DNA of 62,724 nt, the filler included. It is 7 parts of 7 records of this genome, joined end to end, with 100 filler letters (N's around TTAATTAATTAA, not from the genome) between each part and the next. Parts side by side here need not be neighbours in the genome. Positions count along the whole stretch, not along the records: positions 30,459 to 48,525 come from SRR31147125_19606; 6 more parts are not named here. One strand, 5' to 3'. A program made the position numbers and the translations under genes. This document shows positions 33,175-45,012 of the stretch, piece by piece. How positions within the stretch are numbered: the stretch's first letter is position 1; each line of letters starts with the position of its first letter. A model generated the notes under the pieces. That model was not told where the DNA came from. It made no database searches and saw nothing but the letters and a program-made list of their open reading frames with translations.

Positions 33175-34842
33175 ATGAGATTCACATTAGTGGTAGGAGT
33201 TATCATGTCACTATCATTTTTTAGTTGCGGGCAAAAAGTATCCCTTGAAAAAGCGTCTCCTGACTATGTAAAAGGAGAATTGGAAAAATTAGCCCCGGTT
33301 ACTCTAAAGGTTGATCTTTCCTCAATCTCCGAATCAGATCAAAAAGCTTTAAAAAAATTGATTGAGGCAGGCAAACTGATTGACGAATTATTTCTTTTGC
33401 AGGTTTACCCGGAAAATCCACAAATCAAAAAACAACTGCAACAATCAGGCAGCGCTGATCAAGCTTATCTCGACCTTTTTACCATCATGTTTGGTCCCTG
33501 GAACCGCCTTGAACATGAAACACCGTTTTTGGTTGGCAAAGAAAAACCTTACGGAGCCGGATTCTATCCTGAGGATATGACAAAAGAGGAATTTGAAAGC
33601 TTTATTCAACAAAATCCTGATCTGAAAAAAGATTTTGAGAGTACGTTCACTGCCATAAGCCGACAAGATGGCAAGTTGGTGGCGATTCCCTATCACGTGG
33701 CTTACAATGACCTGGTGAAAAAAGTGAGTCAATTACTGAATGAGGCTGCGGACCTTACAGAAGATGCAACTTTAAAGACATTTTTGCAATTAAGGGCAAA
33801 AGCATTCCTTACAGATGATTATTTTGACAGTGATATGGCGTGGATGGATCTTGCCGGTGACCTTGAGGTTGTCATTGGTCCTTACGAAGTCTATGAAGAT
33901 AATATTTTCAATTATAAAGCCGCTTATGAAGCCTTTATCTGTATTGTCGATCATGAAGAGAGCAAAAAATTAGAAACTGTATCCAAATATTTGAATGAAA
34001 TGGAGGACCATTTACCGATTGCGGATAAGCACAAAAACTTTAACCGGGGTTCTTCCTCACCAATCAAAGTGGTTAATGAAGTCTTTACAGCAGGTGATAC
34101 CAAAGCAGGTATTCAAACAACAGCCTTTAACCTACCGAATGATGAGCGTGTTCGTGAGGCCAAAGGCTCAAAAAAAGTGATGCTGAAAAACATTGCTCAG
34201 GCCAAATATGAAAAATGCTGGATCCCGATTGTAAATACGATTCTTGCTGAAAAACCACTCAAAAATGTCTCTTTTGATGCATATTTCAATCATGTGTTAA
34301 TGCATGAAGTAAGTCACGGACTTGGTCCGGGAATTATCACACTCGCTGATGGCAGCAAATCGTCCGTGTCAATAGAATTAAAAGAGCTCTATTCTGTCAT
34401 TGAAGAGTGTAAGGCGGATGTATTGGGCATTTACAACCTGAAATTCCTCATGGACAAGGGTGTTTTTCCGAAAAATATGGAATATTCCATGTACTCAAGC
34501 TATTTAGGTGGTATGTTCAGATCTATTCGATTCGGCATAAATGAAGCACATGGTGGAGGTGTTGCCATTCAATTTAATTATTTCCTGGAAAAGGGTGCCT
34601 TTTTTGAAAATGAAAATGGTAAACTGGATTTCGATAAGCGCAAAATGCTACCAGCTGTTAAAAGCCTGGCTCAGGAATTACTTATCATAGAGGCTATGGG
34701 TGATTATAATGCAGCGAAAAAATTCATAGAAAAATATCGGCAAATGACACCCCTCATGCAAAAAAACATTGATAGATTGAAAAATGTACCGATCGATATC
34801 AGACCGTCTTATCCGTTAGAGAAGGATCTGGCAAGTCTCTAA
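33175..34842 (+). CDS. Dipeptidyl peptidase III (M49), HEXXH type, predicted lipoprotein
   Basis: AGGAGG RBS, lipobox-like FFSC, IGPYEVYED, AFNLPNDERVREAKGSKKV, HEVSHGLG, EECKAD. Confidence 0.88.
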   Translation: MRFTLVVGVIMSLSFFSCGQKVSLEKASPDYVKGELEKLAPVTLKVDLSSISESDQKALKKLIEAGKLIDELFLLQVYPENPQIKKQLQQSGSADQAYLDLFTIMFGPWNRLEHETPFLVGKEKPYGAGFYPEDMTKEEFESFIQQNPDLKKDFESTFTAISRQDGKLVAIPYHVAYNDLVKKVSQLLNEAADLTEDATLKTFLQLRAKAFLTDDYFDSDMAWMDLAGDLEVVIGPYEVYEDNIFNYKAAYEAFICIVDHEESKKLETVSKYLNEMEDHLPIADKHKNFNRGSSSPIKVVNEVFTAGDTKAGIQTTAFNLPNDERVREAKGSKKVMLKNIAQAKYEKCWIPIVNTILAEKPLKNVSFDAYFNHVLMHEVSHGLGPGIITLADGSKSSVSIELKELYSVIEECKADVLGIYNLKFLMDKGVFPKNMEYSMYSSYLGGMFRSIRFGINEAHGGGVAIQFNYFLEKGAFFENENGKLDFDKRKMLPAVKSLAQELLIIEAMGDYNAAKKFIEKYRQMTPLMQKNIDRLKNVPIDIRPSYPLEKDLASL

Positions 34843-34982
34843 ATATAATATAAAAGTGGTTATTGAAACCCTGGCATTATTTTTTCGTATACGTTTGCAC
34901 TGCCATAAATGTTCTGGCGTACTGTAAATAACGAATAGTTCAAGTTTTTACTAACCAGGGGCAATAAAAATAAGGAGTTAAC

Positions 34983-36869
34983 ATGAAATCAATATTGGGT
35001 GGACTGATGGTAGTTACAACATTAATGATGTTCTCGCAAAAAGATGTCATTTCTCAAACAAGAGAAAGGTCTGATGTGCCTGTTGAACACACATGGAAAC
35101 TTTCTGATCTTTATTCTACTGATGAAGCATGGCATCAAGCAAAAGATGACCTGGCCAGCAAAATGGAAAATATTACACAATACAAGGGCACACTTGCCTC
35201 GTCAGCAACTCAATTGCTTGCGTGCCTGGACCTGGATAGTGATATATCCAAGGAATATCGACGACTTTACAGTTATGCTTCCATGAATTCGGATCAGGAT
35301 ACACGTGAATCAACGTATCAGGCTATGAAACAACAAATTTCTCAATTAGGGACCGATTATGGATCAAAAGCGTCATTTATTGAACCTGAAATTGTAAAAA
35401 TGGACAAACAAAAGATCAACGGTTTTATGCAGGAAAAACCTGGTCTAAAAGTCTATAAAATGTATTTGGGAGACATTGAGCGTCGCAAAGCCCATAAGCT
35501 ATCGGAAAAGGAAGAAAAAATCATAGCTCAAGCTGGTATGATGTCGGAAAGCCCCTACTCTATTTATAGCATTTTCAGCAACGCGGAATTACCTTATCCC
35601 GATGTAACCCTGAGCGATGGAAAGACGGTAAAAGTCAATCAGGCAGGCTATTCACGATTTAGAGCTGTACCGAATCGTCAGGACCGTGAAACTGTTTTTA
35701 AAGCATTTTGGAGCACCATTAATAGTTTCCGTCGCACGATGGGCGAACAACTTTATTCCAATGTTAAAGCAGATATGTTCTATGCTAAAACCCGTGGTTA
35801 CAAATCATCGCTTGAGAGCTCACTGGACGTAAACAATATCCCAACAGACGTATACTATGCTCTTATTAAAAACGTTAATGATAACCTGGATTCATTTCAT
35901 CGTTATTTAAATTTACGTAAACGTATGCTGCAGGTAGATACATTAAAGTACTCTGACCTTTATGCACCTGTAGTCAAAGGCGTTGATTTACAATACACTA
36001 TAGAAGAAGCCAAAAAAATCGTCAAAGAATCTCTAAAGCCAATGGGTAAAGAGTATTTGCAGGCTGTGGATGTCAGTTTTACTAACCGCTGGATAGATGT
36101 TTATCCGACTCCAGCAAAACGTTCAGGTGCTTATATGAGTGGCAGCGCATATGACGTTCATCCTTATATGCTCCTGAATTACAACGGACAATATGACGAT
36201 ATGAGTACATTAGCGCATGAGCTAGGACATGCCATGCATAGCTACTTTTCCAATAAGACACAACCTTTTCCAACCTCCCGTTATTCTATATTTGTGGCTG
36301 AGGTAGCCTCAACCTTTAACGAAGCTCTTTTAATGAACAAAGTATTAAAAGAGATCAAAGATGATGACACTCGCCTATCTCTTTTGATGAGCTACCTGGA
36401 CGGCTTGAAAGGGACCGTATTTCGCCAAACTCAATTTGCCGAGTTTGAGTTAAAAATACATGAGACAGCTGAAAAGGGTGATCCTCTGACAGGTGATGTT
36501 CTGACAGAGATTTATGCTGACATTCTGAAAAGATATTATGGCCACGACAAAAAAGTCTGCAATATCGAAGACTATGTTACAGTCGAATGGGCTTATATCC
36601 CCCATTTTTACTACAATTTTTACGTCTATCAGTATGCGACCTCTTTTACGGCTTCTACAGCATTATCTGAAAAGGTCATAAATAATGAAAATGGTGCTGT
36701 TGACAAAATGATAAAATTCCTGTCATCAGGTGGTTCTGATTATCCAATTGAAATCTTAAAATTGGCTGGAGTTGATATGACAACGGCTGAGCCTTTTAAC
36801 AAAACAATGCAAGCGATGAACAGAACGATGGACGAAATTGAAAAGATTTTGGATAAAAAAGGGCTATAA
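34983..36869 (+). CDS. pepF: Oligoendopeptidase F (M3B) with signal peptide
   Basis: TWKLSDLY, KRSGAY, HPYMLLNY, TLAHELGHAMHS, AEVAST, WAYIPHFY. Confidence 0.95.
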   Translation: MKSILGGLMVVTTLMMFSQKDVISQTRERSDVPVEHTWKLSDLYSTDEAWHQAKDDLASKMENITQYKGTLASSATQLLACLDLDSDISKEYRRLYSYASMNSDQDTRESTYQAMKQQISQLGTDYGSKASFIEPEIVKMDKQKINGFMQEKPGLKVYKMYLGDIERRKAHKLSEKEEKIIAQAGMMSESPYSIYSIFSNAELPYPDVTLSDGKTVKVNQAGYSRFRAVPNRQDRETVFKAFWSTINSFRRTMGEQLYSNVKADMFYAKTRGYKSSLESSLDVNNIPTDVYYALIKNVNDNLDSFHRYLNLRKRMLQVDTLKYSDLYAPVVKGVDLQYTIEEAKKIVKESLKPMGKEYLQAVDVSFTNRWIDVYPTPAKRSGAYMSGSAYDVHPYMLLNYNGQYDDMSTLAHELGHAMHSYFSNKTQPFPTSRYSIFVAEVASTFNEALLMNKVLKEIKDDDTRLSLLMSYLDGLKGTVFRQTQFAEFELKIHETAEKGDPLTGDVLTEIYADILKRYYGHDKKVCNIEDYVTVEWAYIPHFYYNFYVYQYATSFTASTALSEKVINNENGAVDKMIKFLSSGGSDYPIEILKLAGVDMTTAEPFNKTMQAMNRTMDEIEKILDKKGL

Positions 36870-37022
36870 GTCAGGATGAGCACATTCATGGTATACTGAA
36901 ATAACATCAACATCTGGGATTGAGGTGAAATGAAGCAAAATTCATCACCTTTATAATCCAGGTTACCATTGCGTTTATTATGATTGAAATAAACTTTAAT
37001 TATTTGAATTTTTCATAAATTT

Positions 37023-37066
37023 AAAAAAGCGTGGCAGAAACCCGAGTGCTCTCTGTCACGCTTTTA
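37023..37066. terminator. Bidirectional terminator between pepF and glgB
   Basis: aaaaaagcgtggcaga...tctgtcacgctttt. Confidence 0.7.
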
Positions 37067-37120
37067 TTTATAAGGGATACAAACATTTATATATATTTAT
37101 AATCAAAAAAAAACTTAGAG

Positions 37121-39352
37121 TCACATCTCCGGCTTGAAAACTACCGTTGCTAATGGTGGCAATTTTAAATTCAGGGAACACTCTTTTCCATGCCATGGAA
37201 TGTGGTCACTGTGAAGTTTTCCATAATTGCCCTTATTACTTCCGTAATAAATTTCCGAGTCAGTATTTAATATCTCTTTATAATTGCTAAACATGGGTAC
37301 TCCAACCCGATAGTTTTCTCTGTAAACAGGTGTGAAATTACACACAAAAACCAGGGTATCCTCAGGCTTGCTGCCTTTACGCATAAAAGCAATAACACTG
37401 TTATCTGAATCTAAAAAGTCAATCCATTCAAATCCGTCATGGTCAAAATCAATTTCATATAATGCAGGCTCTGACTGATAGAGTTGGTTTAGATCTTTGA
37501 CTAATTTTTGCAGTTTTTGATGCGGTTCATGAGCTAAAAGATGCCAATCAATACTCTGATCTTCGCGCCACTCATTCCACTGGCCAAATTCCGAACCCAT
37601 AAAGAGTAACTTTTTCCCGGGATGACCAAACATAAAACCTAACAGAGCTCTCAAATTAGCAAATTTTTGCCAAAAATCGCCCGGCATTTTATCCAGCAGA
37701 GATTTTTTACCATGCACAACCTCATCATGGCTGAGCACAAGCATAAAATTTTCATGAAATGCATATAACAAAGCAAAAGTGATCATATTATGATGATATT
37801 TTCGATGCACAGGTTCCTTTTCAAAATAGGTGAGAAAATCATTCATCCACCCCATGTTCCACTTTAAGTTAAATCCCAGACCGCCCAGATAAGTTGGTTT
37901 AGAGACACCCGGCCAGGAAGTGGATTCTTCAGCTATACTCAGTACACCCGGGAAATAGCTGAATATAAGTTCATTAACATGTTTAAGAAATTCAATGGCC
38001 TCAAGATTCTCCCGGCCACCGTATTTATTCGGCACCCATTCCCCATCTTTACGTGAATAATCAAGATAAAGTATGGAAGCAACAGCATCAACACGGATAC
38101 CATCGATGTGATATTTTTCGAACCAAAAAAGGGCATTTGCTTCCAGAAAATTACGCACTTCATTTCGTCCGAAATTAAATATAAGTGTTCCCCAGTCAGG
38201 ATGTGATCCCTTACGGGGATCCAGGTGCTCATACAAGTGGCTGCCATCAAAATAAGCCAGTCCATGAGCATCACGCGGAAAGTGTGCCGGCACCCAATCA
38301 ATAATGACACCGATTCCGTTTTGGTGACAGAAATCGACAAAATATTGAAAATCAGCGGCTCCGCCAAATCGTGAGGAAGGGGCATAATAACCTGTCACTT
38401 GATAACCCCAGGAAGCATCAAAAGGATGCTCAGCAACAGGAAGCAATTCGATATGTGTATAGCCCATTTCTTTAACATATTCCACCAATTGATGGGCCAA
38501 TTCTTTAAATGTCAAAAACCGGTTATCTTCTTCCGCACTTCTTTTCCATGAACCCAGGTGTACTTCGTAAACAGAAATCGGTTGTTTTAAAGGATCCGTT
38601 TCTTTTCGTTTTTCAAGCCATTCCTGATCATGCCATTGATAAGCATTAATATCAGCGACAACGGAGGCAGTCTTTGGTCGGACTTCACTTTGGAAAGCAT
38701 AGGGATCTGCTTTTAAAATTATATGTCCTTTCTGGTCCTTTATCTCATATTTATAGACCTCGCCGGTTTTTAAACCCGGTATAAACAATTCCCAAATTCC
38801 GGAACCACCCAGAACCCGCATCTGATGTTTTCCACCGTGCCATTGATTAAAATCACCCACAATGCTCACATTTCGGGCATTTGGCGCCCAAACAGCAAAA
38901 TGAATACCGGTTACGTTATTTAATTTTAGAGGATGTGCGCCAAGTTTTTCATAAATTTTATGATGATCGCCTATTCCAAAAAGATGAATATCCAAATCAG
39001 ATATGTATGGCAGAAAGGAATATGGATCATAAATAATACGCTCATGATTATTGCTGGCAACAATTCGAAGTTGATATTTGGGTAGCTTTTTCCAGGATGG
39101 AATCTCAACCTCAAAAAACTGAGGATTAAATTTTGCTTTCATTTGATATTCGTTTTTACCTCTGGAGGTACGAACAAAAACTTCTTTTGCATCCGGCAGC
39201 CAGGCCCGAACAACCCATACCTTTGTATTACCTTTTTTAATTTGATGTGGCCCCAGAACCTCAAATGGATCATGGATTTTGTTTTTTGCTATTCGATTCA
39301 CTTGCGCCTGAGTCAAGGTCTTTTTGATATAATCATCTGCCATTGAGTTCAA
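37121..39352 (-). CDS. glgB: 1,4-alpha-glucan branching enzyme
   Basis: [56 protein letters not shown]. Confidence 0.98.
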   Translation of the reverse strand: MNSMADDYIKKTLTQAQVNRIAKNKIHDPFEVLGPHQIKKGNTKVWVVRAWLPDAKEVFVRTSRGKNEYQMKAKFNPQFFEVEIPSWKKLPKYQLRIVASNNHERIIYDPYSFLPYISDLDIHLFGIGDHHKIYEKLGAHPLKLNNVTGIHFAVWAPNARNVSIVGDFNQWHGGKHQMRVLGGSGIWELFIPGLKTGEVYKYEIKDQKGHIILKADPYAFQSEVRPKTASVVADINAYQWHDQEWLEKRKETDPLKQPISVYEVHLGSWKRSAEEDNRFLTFKELAHQLVEYVKEMGYTHIELLPVAEHPFDASWGYQVTGYYAPSSRFGGAADFQYFVDFCHQNGIGVIIDWVPAHFPRDAHGLAYFDGSHLYEHLDPRKGSHPDWGTLIFNFGRNEVRNFLEANALFWFEKYHIDGIRVDAVASILYLDYSRKDGEWVPNKYGGRENLEAIEFLKHVNELIFSYFPGVLSIAEESTSWPGVSKPTYLGGLGFNLKWNMGWMNDFLTYFEKEPVHRKYHHNMITFALLYAFHENFMLVLSHDEVVHGKKSLLDKMPGDFWQKFANLRALLGFMFGHPGKKLLFMGSEFGQWNEWREDQSIDWHLLAHEPHQKLQKLVKDLNQLYQSEPALYEIDFDHDGFEWIDFLDSDNSVIAFMRKGSKPEDTLVFVCNFTPVYRENYRVGVPMFSNYKEILNTDSEIYYGSNKGNYGKLHSDHIPWHGKECSLNLKLPPLATVVFKPEM

Positions 39353-39610
39353 TTTTCCTTTTCAACTTAAAACGTCATTTTATTAGTCTCGAACATGTCA
39401 AATAAAATCAGACTTTTTCCAACAACATCATGGCACTTATTGGGTATAATAAAATGGATTTGCCGAATAAATTCATGTAATTTACCATTTAAATCCATCA
39501 TTTTTTTAAACGTCATGCTGGTAATTTATAATCCCCACCAACAGTAATACCCCCAATATATTCTTACCAAAAATTGACGGGCAAAATATGTCCCCCTTTA
39601 ATAATCTGTT

Positions 39611-40249
39611 CTAGTTATTCAGAAAAAAAACAACTCCAACAGAGATAGCCAAATCCTGCGCATCATTCTCTGTGGTTTTTCCGTCAAATGTTGACTTTAC
39701 GGCGCCCGGGATGGTCTGGTATTTTACATTAACATCAATGTGAGGTCCCAGGCCGATATCAAGCAAAAAACCGCCATTGACATTCCAGCCCAATTTTGTT
39801 ACACTTTCAGTCGTTTCAGTATAAGGATAACTATAATAACTATAGTAATACGAATCCAAAGAAGCAACTGTTCTGTAATTATAGATCCCTCCCAAGGCTG
39901 CCATGTAAGCTGTGAATCTGCCAATTCGTCGGCTTACTTGCGGGCCAAGAGTCAGCTGGAAAGATTCGTTTCGTGTTGTAATGATATCATACACACTCAG
40001 ACCTGAATTCCTTTTTTCGCCATAAGAGAGATAGCTAAGATCGAGTCGCCAATTTAAAAACGGTAAGGATTCGCCCATTTTATACAGCAATTTTCCACCA
40101 ATGCCCTCTCCGTGTTGTGAGACCTCATCAAAATCACCTTGTGGTAATGAAAACATAAGATGCGGTCCAATAGCCCAATTTCCTTCCTGAGCTAAAACAA
40201 CACCACCAGTCAGAAATAAAATTATAAAAAGAGTAGAAAGTTTCTTCAT
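39611..40249 (-). CDS. Outer-membrane beta-barrel protein (OmpA/OmpW-like)
   Basis: Signal peptide, alternating aromatic/hydrophobic strands, ends ISVGVVFF. Confidence 0.75.
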   Translation of the reverse strand: MKKLSTLFIILFLTGGVVLAQEGNWAIGPHLMFSLPQGDFDEVSQHGEGIGGKLLYKMGESLPFLNWRLDLSYLSYGEKRNSGLSVYDIITTRNESFQLTLGPQVSRRIGRFTAYMAALGGIYNYRTVASLDSYYYSYYSYPYTETTESVTKLGWNVNGGFLLDIGLGPHIDVNVKYQTIPGAVKSTFDGKTTENDAQDLAISVGVVFFLNN

Positions 40250-40400
40250 CAGAATCTCCTTGTCATATTATTAACAGGATTTTGAAAAATGACAAATTAT
40301 ATAGTACAAGCAGCTTTTCTTACCAACAGAAACAAACATCAATCATAGGTTTTAAACAGAGAATGGTTATTGCTTGTTCCAATTCCGTACATATTTTACG

Positions 40401-40933
40401 TCATTTATCGAATATTAACAGATTTTCATTAAAAACATCAAACGAGTTGTCATCGAAGAGACAAAATACGATTTTTACTGAACCAGCACTTTTGGTAAAA
40501 TTCAGTGCTGCATTCAGCATAATATGTGCACACTTTTCTAAAGGATATCCAAAAATCCCTGTACTAATAGCCGGAAAAGCAATACTAGACAAATCATTGT
40601 CTTTGGCGAGTTGCAGAGCGCTTTTTGTTGCGGATTCAAGTTTAAAATCTTCATTCCCGGATCCCATAACAGGCCCAACAGCATGTATAACATATCTAGC
40701 TTTTAAAAATCCGGCATTTGTTATAGCTGCGGATCCTGTTTTCACAATGCCGTTTTTGATCCATTCATTACTTTCTTTCTGAATCTGAACGCCACCTTTC
40801 CGGACAATAGCTCCTGCAACACCTCCGCCATGAGCCAAATGCTCATTTGCCGCATTGACAATGGCATCGGTTGTCATGTCGGTAATATCCCCTTTTAAAA
40901 CAATTATTTCAACATTATTTTTTTCAAAACCAT
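40401..40933 (-). CDS. Macro domain protein (YmdB-like); N-terminal frameshift
   Basis: GDITD...AIVNAAN...GGGVAGAI, VIHAVGP, FPAISTGIFGYP. Confidence 0.93.
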
Positions 40934-40980
40934 AAAAAATATCCCGGATACCAACTGGATTATTTTTTTTAAACGAACTC

Positions 40981-42099
40981 TTACTGATCCACTTTTACAC
41001 TAAAATCGCGAGGGCGGTCATCACTCAAATCTACAATAGTGTAGGCTAATTTATCAATACCTTCTTTTTCAAAAAGTTTTAATATTTGTAGATTTATATT
41101 CTCTCTGACTTGTTCATGGTCTTTCCATATTGTTGTATTGGTAAAATAATATAATCTCAATACACGAGAATTTCCATTTAATTCTCGAAAATTAACCATA
41201 TGAAAATCCTGATGAACATCCGGATTATTTGACAGAATCTCACGAATATCTGCTAAAAGCTGTTCGAGTTTATCTGCATAAATACCATCTATGGTAAAAT
41301 TATATTTAACGCGTCGCTTGTACATACGGGACCAATTCTTGATAATGCCATTGGCAATCAACGCATTTGGAACAATGGAGACCGTTTTATCAAAATTACG
41401 AAATTTCGTACTCCGGATACCAATTTCTTCCACATCTGCATCAACAATTTTACCATCATCAAGCTGAATCCAATCTCCCTCCCGAAATAAATTATCGATA
41501 TAAATAATACCTGTACCAAACCAATTAGCGATAATATCCTTGAACACCAATCCTAATGTTAATCCCATGCCACCAAGTAATCCAAATAAGGCAGCTGCGG
41601 ATAATCCGAGAAATATTTCCGCAGATTTCAACAAAACAATCAAGATAGCAGCAATTTTTATTACTTTCGTAATGTAAGGGGCGATGAGATCATCTAATTC
41701 CGTGGCTGTTCGTTTGGCCATCCTCTCAAAAAATCGAGTAAAAACATCCGCGCTCCGGTATATTAGCCAGCAAAAAACAACCACAAAACCAAAATCGAGT
41801 ACCTTTGAAAATGCTTTATCTACAATTGGATTTATGGGCCCCAATATCATTTGCGTCAATGCAATGCCAAGAAGAATAATCAAAAATCCTATAGGAGGAT
41901 TCAAGATATCTATCAAAGCATCATCCAATTCAGTTTTAGTCCTTTTTGTTATCCTTCTGATATTGTTAATAGCAATTTCTGAAAAGAGTTTTCGAAATAA
42001 AAATGAAAAGACAATAATTAAAGTTGCTATTAATAATTTGAGACCGGGTATACCAAAGATCTCTAACCTTGTATCGAAAAATCGAAAAAGACCTTCCAT
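40981..42099 (-). CDS. MscS-family mechanosensitive channel
   Basis: Multiple TM segments, FREGDWI, VEEIGIRSTKFRNFD...VPN...NWSR. Confidence 0.92.
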   Translation of the reverse strand: MEGLFRFFDTRLEIFGIPGLKLLIATLIIVFSFLFRKLFSEIAINNIRRITKRTKTELDDALIDILNPPIGFLIILLGIALTQMILGPINPIVDKAFSKVLDFGFVVVFCWLIYRSADVFTRFFERMAKRTATELDDLIAPYITKVIKIAAILIVLLKSAEIFLGLSAAALFGLLGGMGLTLGLVFKDIIANWFGTGIIYIDNLFREGDWIQLDDGKIVDADVEEIGIRSTKFRNFDKTVSIVPNALIANGIIKNWSRMYKRRVKYNFTIDGIYADKLEQLLADIREILSNNPDVHQDFHMVNFRELNGNSRVLRLYYFTNTTIWKDHEQVRENINLQILKLFEKEGIDKLAYTIVDLSDDRPRDFSVKVDQ

Positions 42100-42398
42100 T
42101 TTCCATTCCTGTTATTTTTAAAAGATGAGATAAAAAAAATGTGTTAAAGTATCTATTTTGAGCGGTAATATAAACTATAATATTGAAAAAGTTGGTAAAT
42201 TGCAAGTATTTGGTAAAGAAGATATTAAGAAGATTAAAACAAATACTATTGAGGATGGGAACAGCCCCAAAAAGGATAAAGCCATCTTCCCTGCTTGTAA
42301 AATAGCAACAGGTTCAAAAAGATGGCATTATAGTGATGAAGGGAAAACGAGCAGCACTAGCTCTATTAAATAATCATGAAAAACAAAAACCACCCGGC

Positions 42399-42917
42399 TT
42401 AATCACTTATTTTTTTATTTCGTTTTGACAGGGAATTAAGCACAAGCCCGAGACCGATAATAACCAATATCAGTGGCCAACCCTTATAGATCACTTCCAT
42501 AGTTATCCAACCCAGGCCCAAATTATACGCAATAAATATGCTGCCTATTAGAACAAATATACCACCTGGAATTAAAAGTCCCCAATCATAGGATTTAATG
42601 AAATAGAGAGCAATAAAGGCTATTCCCAAAGAGAAAATAAGCACAGCCCATATATCAATATCCCAAAAGAAAAGAAAAATATCATAATTTCGTAAGAAAA
42701 AATAAAGACCAATGACACCAGTAAAGGTCGCCCAAAATGCAGCATCTTTATTCCCACGTAAAACAGAGGTGATGCTGTAAAAACTAATAGCTAGTAAAAT
42801 TAAAGGGTAAGCTTCAAACCACGTAAAAGTAATTATATCCCATTTATTCAATAATAGTGCGGCGCCAAACAAAATGAGCATTATGCCACTGATGAGAGAT
42901 GCAGATTTACCCTTCAT
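42399..42917 (-). CDS. LiaF/LiaI-like membrane protein
   Basis: GIMLILFG, YPLILL, LLIPGG, WPLILVIIGL. Downstream of the PspC gene. Confidence 0.7.
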   Translation of the reverse strand: MKGKSASLISGIMLILFGAALLLNKWDIITFTWFEAYPLILLAISFYSITSVLRGNKDAAFWATFTGVIGLYFFLRNYDIFLFFWDIDIWAVLIFSLGIAFIALYFIKSYDWGLLIPGGIFVLIGSIFIAYNLGLGWITMEVIYKGWPLILVIIGLGLVLNSLSKRNKKISD

Positions 42918-42948
42918 TGGATTATCCTTTTCTAAAATTTAAACCAGA

Positions 42949-43725
42949 TTACATATTAATATTGTGGAATATCTTTTTATTTTTCTTCTTTATCAGAATC
43001 TTCCTGCTTTGGTTCAACTTTTTTCGTTCTAGTCCGCCTTTTAGCAGGTGCTTTTTCTTTTTTTCAACCATTTGTTCGTTTTTTTCAGGAACGGCAATAA
43101 GAAAAACAATATATGCGACAATACCGGGAACAATGTGAGTAAACAATGTAATTAACGCATATCCGACGCGAATAATTGTCACATCAATGCCCCATAGATC
43201 TGCCAGGCCACCGCAAACGCCACCAATCATTCGTTCATCTTTACTACGCATAAACCTCCTGGGCGTCGCTGTTTCCGCAGTGCTGTTATTTTGAGCAGAT
43301 GATTTTTCTTTTTTTAGACTATAATGAATATACCAGGCTCCAAAAGCGATGAGTAAAATGGGCCAGAAATAGTCCCAATGCAGGGGTAAAAAAGGCCAGT
43401 CAAAACCAAACCTGAAAATGAAACCATTTCGAAAGAAAAATAACAATCCAACAGCAATCAAGGCCGTTCCAATAAAGAGGCTCTTGTCCCGGTGTTTTTT
43501 CTTTTCACTATCCGATAATGAAGCATGTTCGGGGTTTTCAGGAATTAGAACGAGACATAAAATATAAGCCACAACTCCTATTCCATTAAAAAGCGACGCT
43601 AATATCCATATTATACGTATAATAGTCGGATCGGCTGAAATATATTCCGCAACACCTCCGCAGACACCTGCCGCCATTCGATCCGCACCGGACCGATACA
43701 ATTTTCGAACGTTTTGTTCAGGCAT
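42949..43725 (-). CDS. pspC: Double PspC-domain membrane protein (3' end probably frameshifted)
   Basis: LYRSGADRMAAGVCGGVAEY and FMRSKDERMIGGVCGGLA flank a LiaF-like TM pair. Confidence 0.88.
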   Translation of the reverse strand: MPEQNVRKLYRSGADRMAAGVCGGVAEYISADPTIIRIIWILASLFNGIGVVAYILCLVLIPENPEHASLSDSEKKKHRDKSLFIGTALIAVGLLFFFRNGFIFRFGFDWPFLPLHWDYFWPILLIAFGAWYIHYSLKKEKSSAQNNSTAETATPRRFMRSKDERMIGGVCGGLADLWGIDVTIIRVGYALITLFTHIVPGIVAYIVFLIAVPEKNEQMVEKKKKHLLKGGLERKKLNQSRKILIKKKNKKIFHNINM

Positions 43726-43777
43726 TTTCGTCCCTTATTTAAAAGTGATATTCGTTACAATCATCTTTAGTTATAAT

Positions 43778-43803
43778 GACGTCGATAAATCAATATAGTT
43801 TCA
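43778..43803 (-). promoter_or_regulatory. ECF (SigW/SigM-like) promoter for the pspC operon
   Basis: The minus strand reads TGAAAC-N16-CGTC, about 50 nt upstream of the pspC ATG. Confidence 0.65.
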
Positions 43804-44123
43804 CAATATTTGGTTCCGGAATTTAAAAGAGAAATATAATATTAAACGTGCGGACAAATAATACAGAACATAACATTCTATATTTTTTGATATTAAACAA
43901 CTCTGAGAAAGATAATTAGAAAAACGCGCACAAACAAGTCAAATATCTTTAATTCTAACAGGATTAATACAATAAATTAAGAGCTGTACGCATTTTTTAT
44001 AATTTATATAAATACAGTGCATTATACTTTATTCGATCAACGATATTATTAACAGTATAATCGTAAAAACCTGTTTGAGGCCTTTGAACACTCACGGATC
44101 GATGTATTTACCCGGTTCCACTG

Positions 44124-44866
44124 TCAGTCATTGTTGCCCTCAGCCTCACCGGTCATGGGTACAAACCGTACTGGAATTAATTTTTGTCGCGTAAAAGATT
44201 CATCTTTTTTCTTGTAATTAAAACAAGTTCCTGAAAATATTTCCCCACAGGGGCTATGAGGCGCCCGCCAACTTTGAGTTGTTTTAATAATGGTAATGGC
44301 ACTTGCTTTGGAGCAGCTGTCACCAATATGGCATCAAAAGGCGCTTGTTCAGGCCAACCGCGATACCCATCACCGCATCTAATATAAATATTTTCATAAC
44401 CCAGTGATTTTAGCCGTTCATCGGCACTATCACATAATTCATCAACAATTTCTATGGAATAAACTTGTTTCACAAGTTCACCAAGAATCGCAGCCTGATA
44501 ACCAGAACCTGTGCCTATTTCCAGGACTTTTTCATCCGCCTTTAAATCCAATTTTTCAGTCATATAGGCGACAATATAGGGCTGCGAGATCGTTTGACCA
44601 TATCCTATGGGCAATGGGGTGTCATTATAAGCAGAGCTTCTTTCTGTGTGGGGCACAAAATGATGACGTGGGACTTTAAGCATTGCCGAGAGCACGCGCT
44701 GGTTTTGTATGCCTCTTTTTTTAATCTGCTGCCAAACCATATTTTCCCGTAATTGCCTGAATTGCTGAGGAATGCTAGATTGACTATTATTTTCTTTGCC
44801 GTTATTATTCATGCAAAATGCCCACAATGATATAATTGAGAGACTAAAAAATGCAAAAAGGTGCAT
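44124..44866 (-). CDS. pcm: Protein-L-isoaspartate O-methyltransferase (3' frameshift)
   Basis: [42 protein letters not shown]. The VRFVPM tail is in a shifted frame ending at 44124. Confidence 0.95.
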
Positions 44867-45012
44867 GATTATTTTTCACCTCCCGTCAAGATAGCAAATT
44901 ACCGTTAAAAGAGCGGATATCTTTCTCTCTTAACGTATTGTTTTCTATCTTAATAGATCTCCAATTTATAATTGGAGATCATGAGAAAGAACCTTTTTTA
45001 TGCCATTCACTT

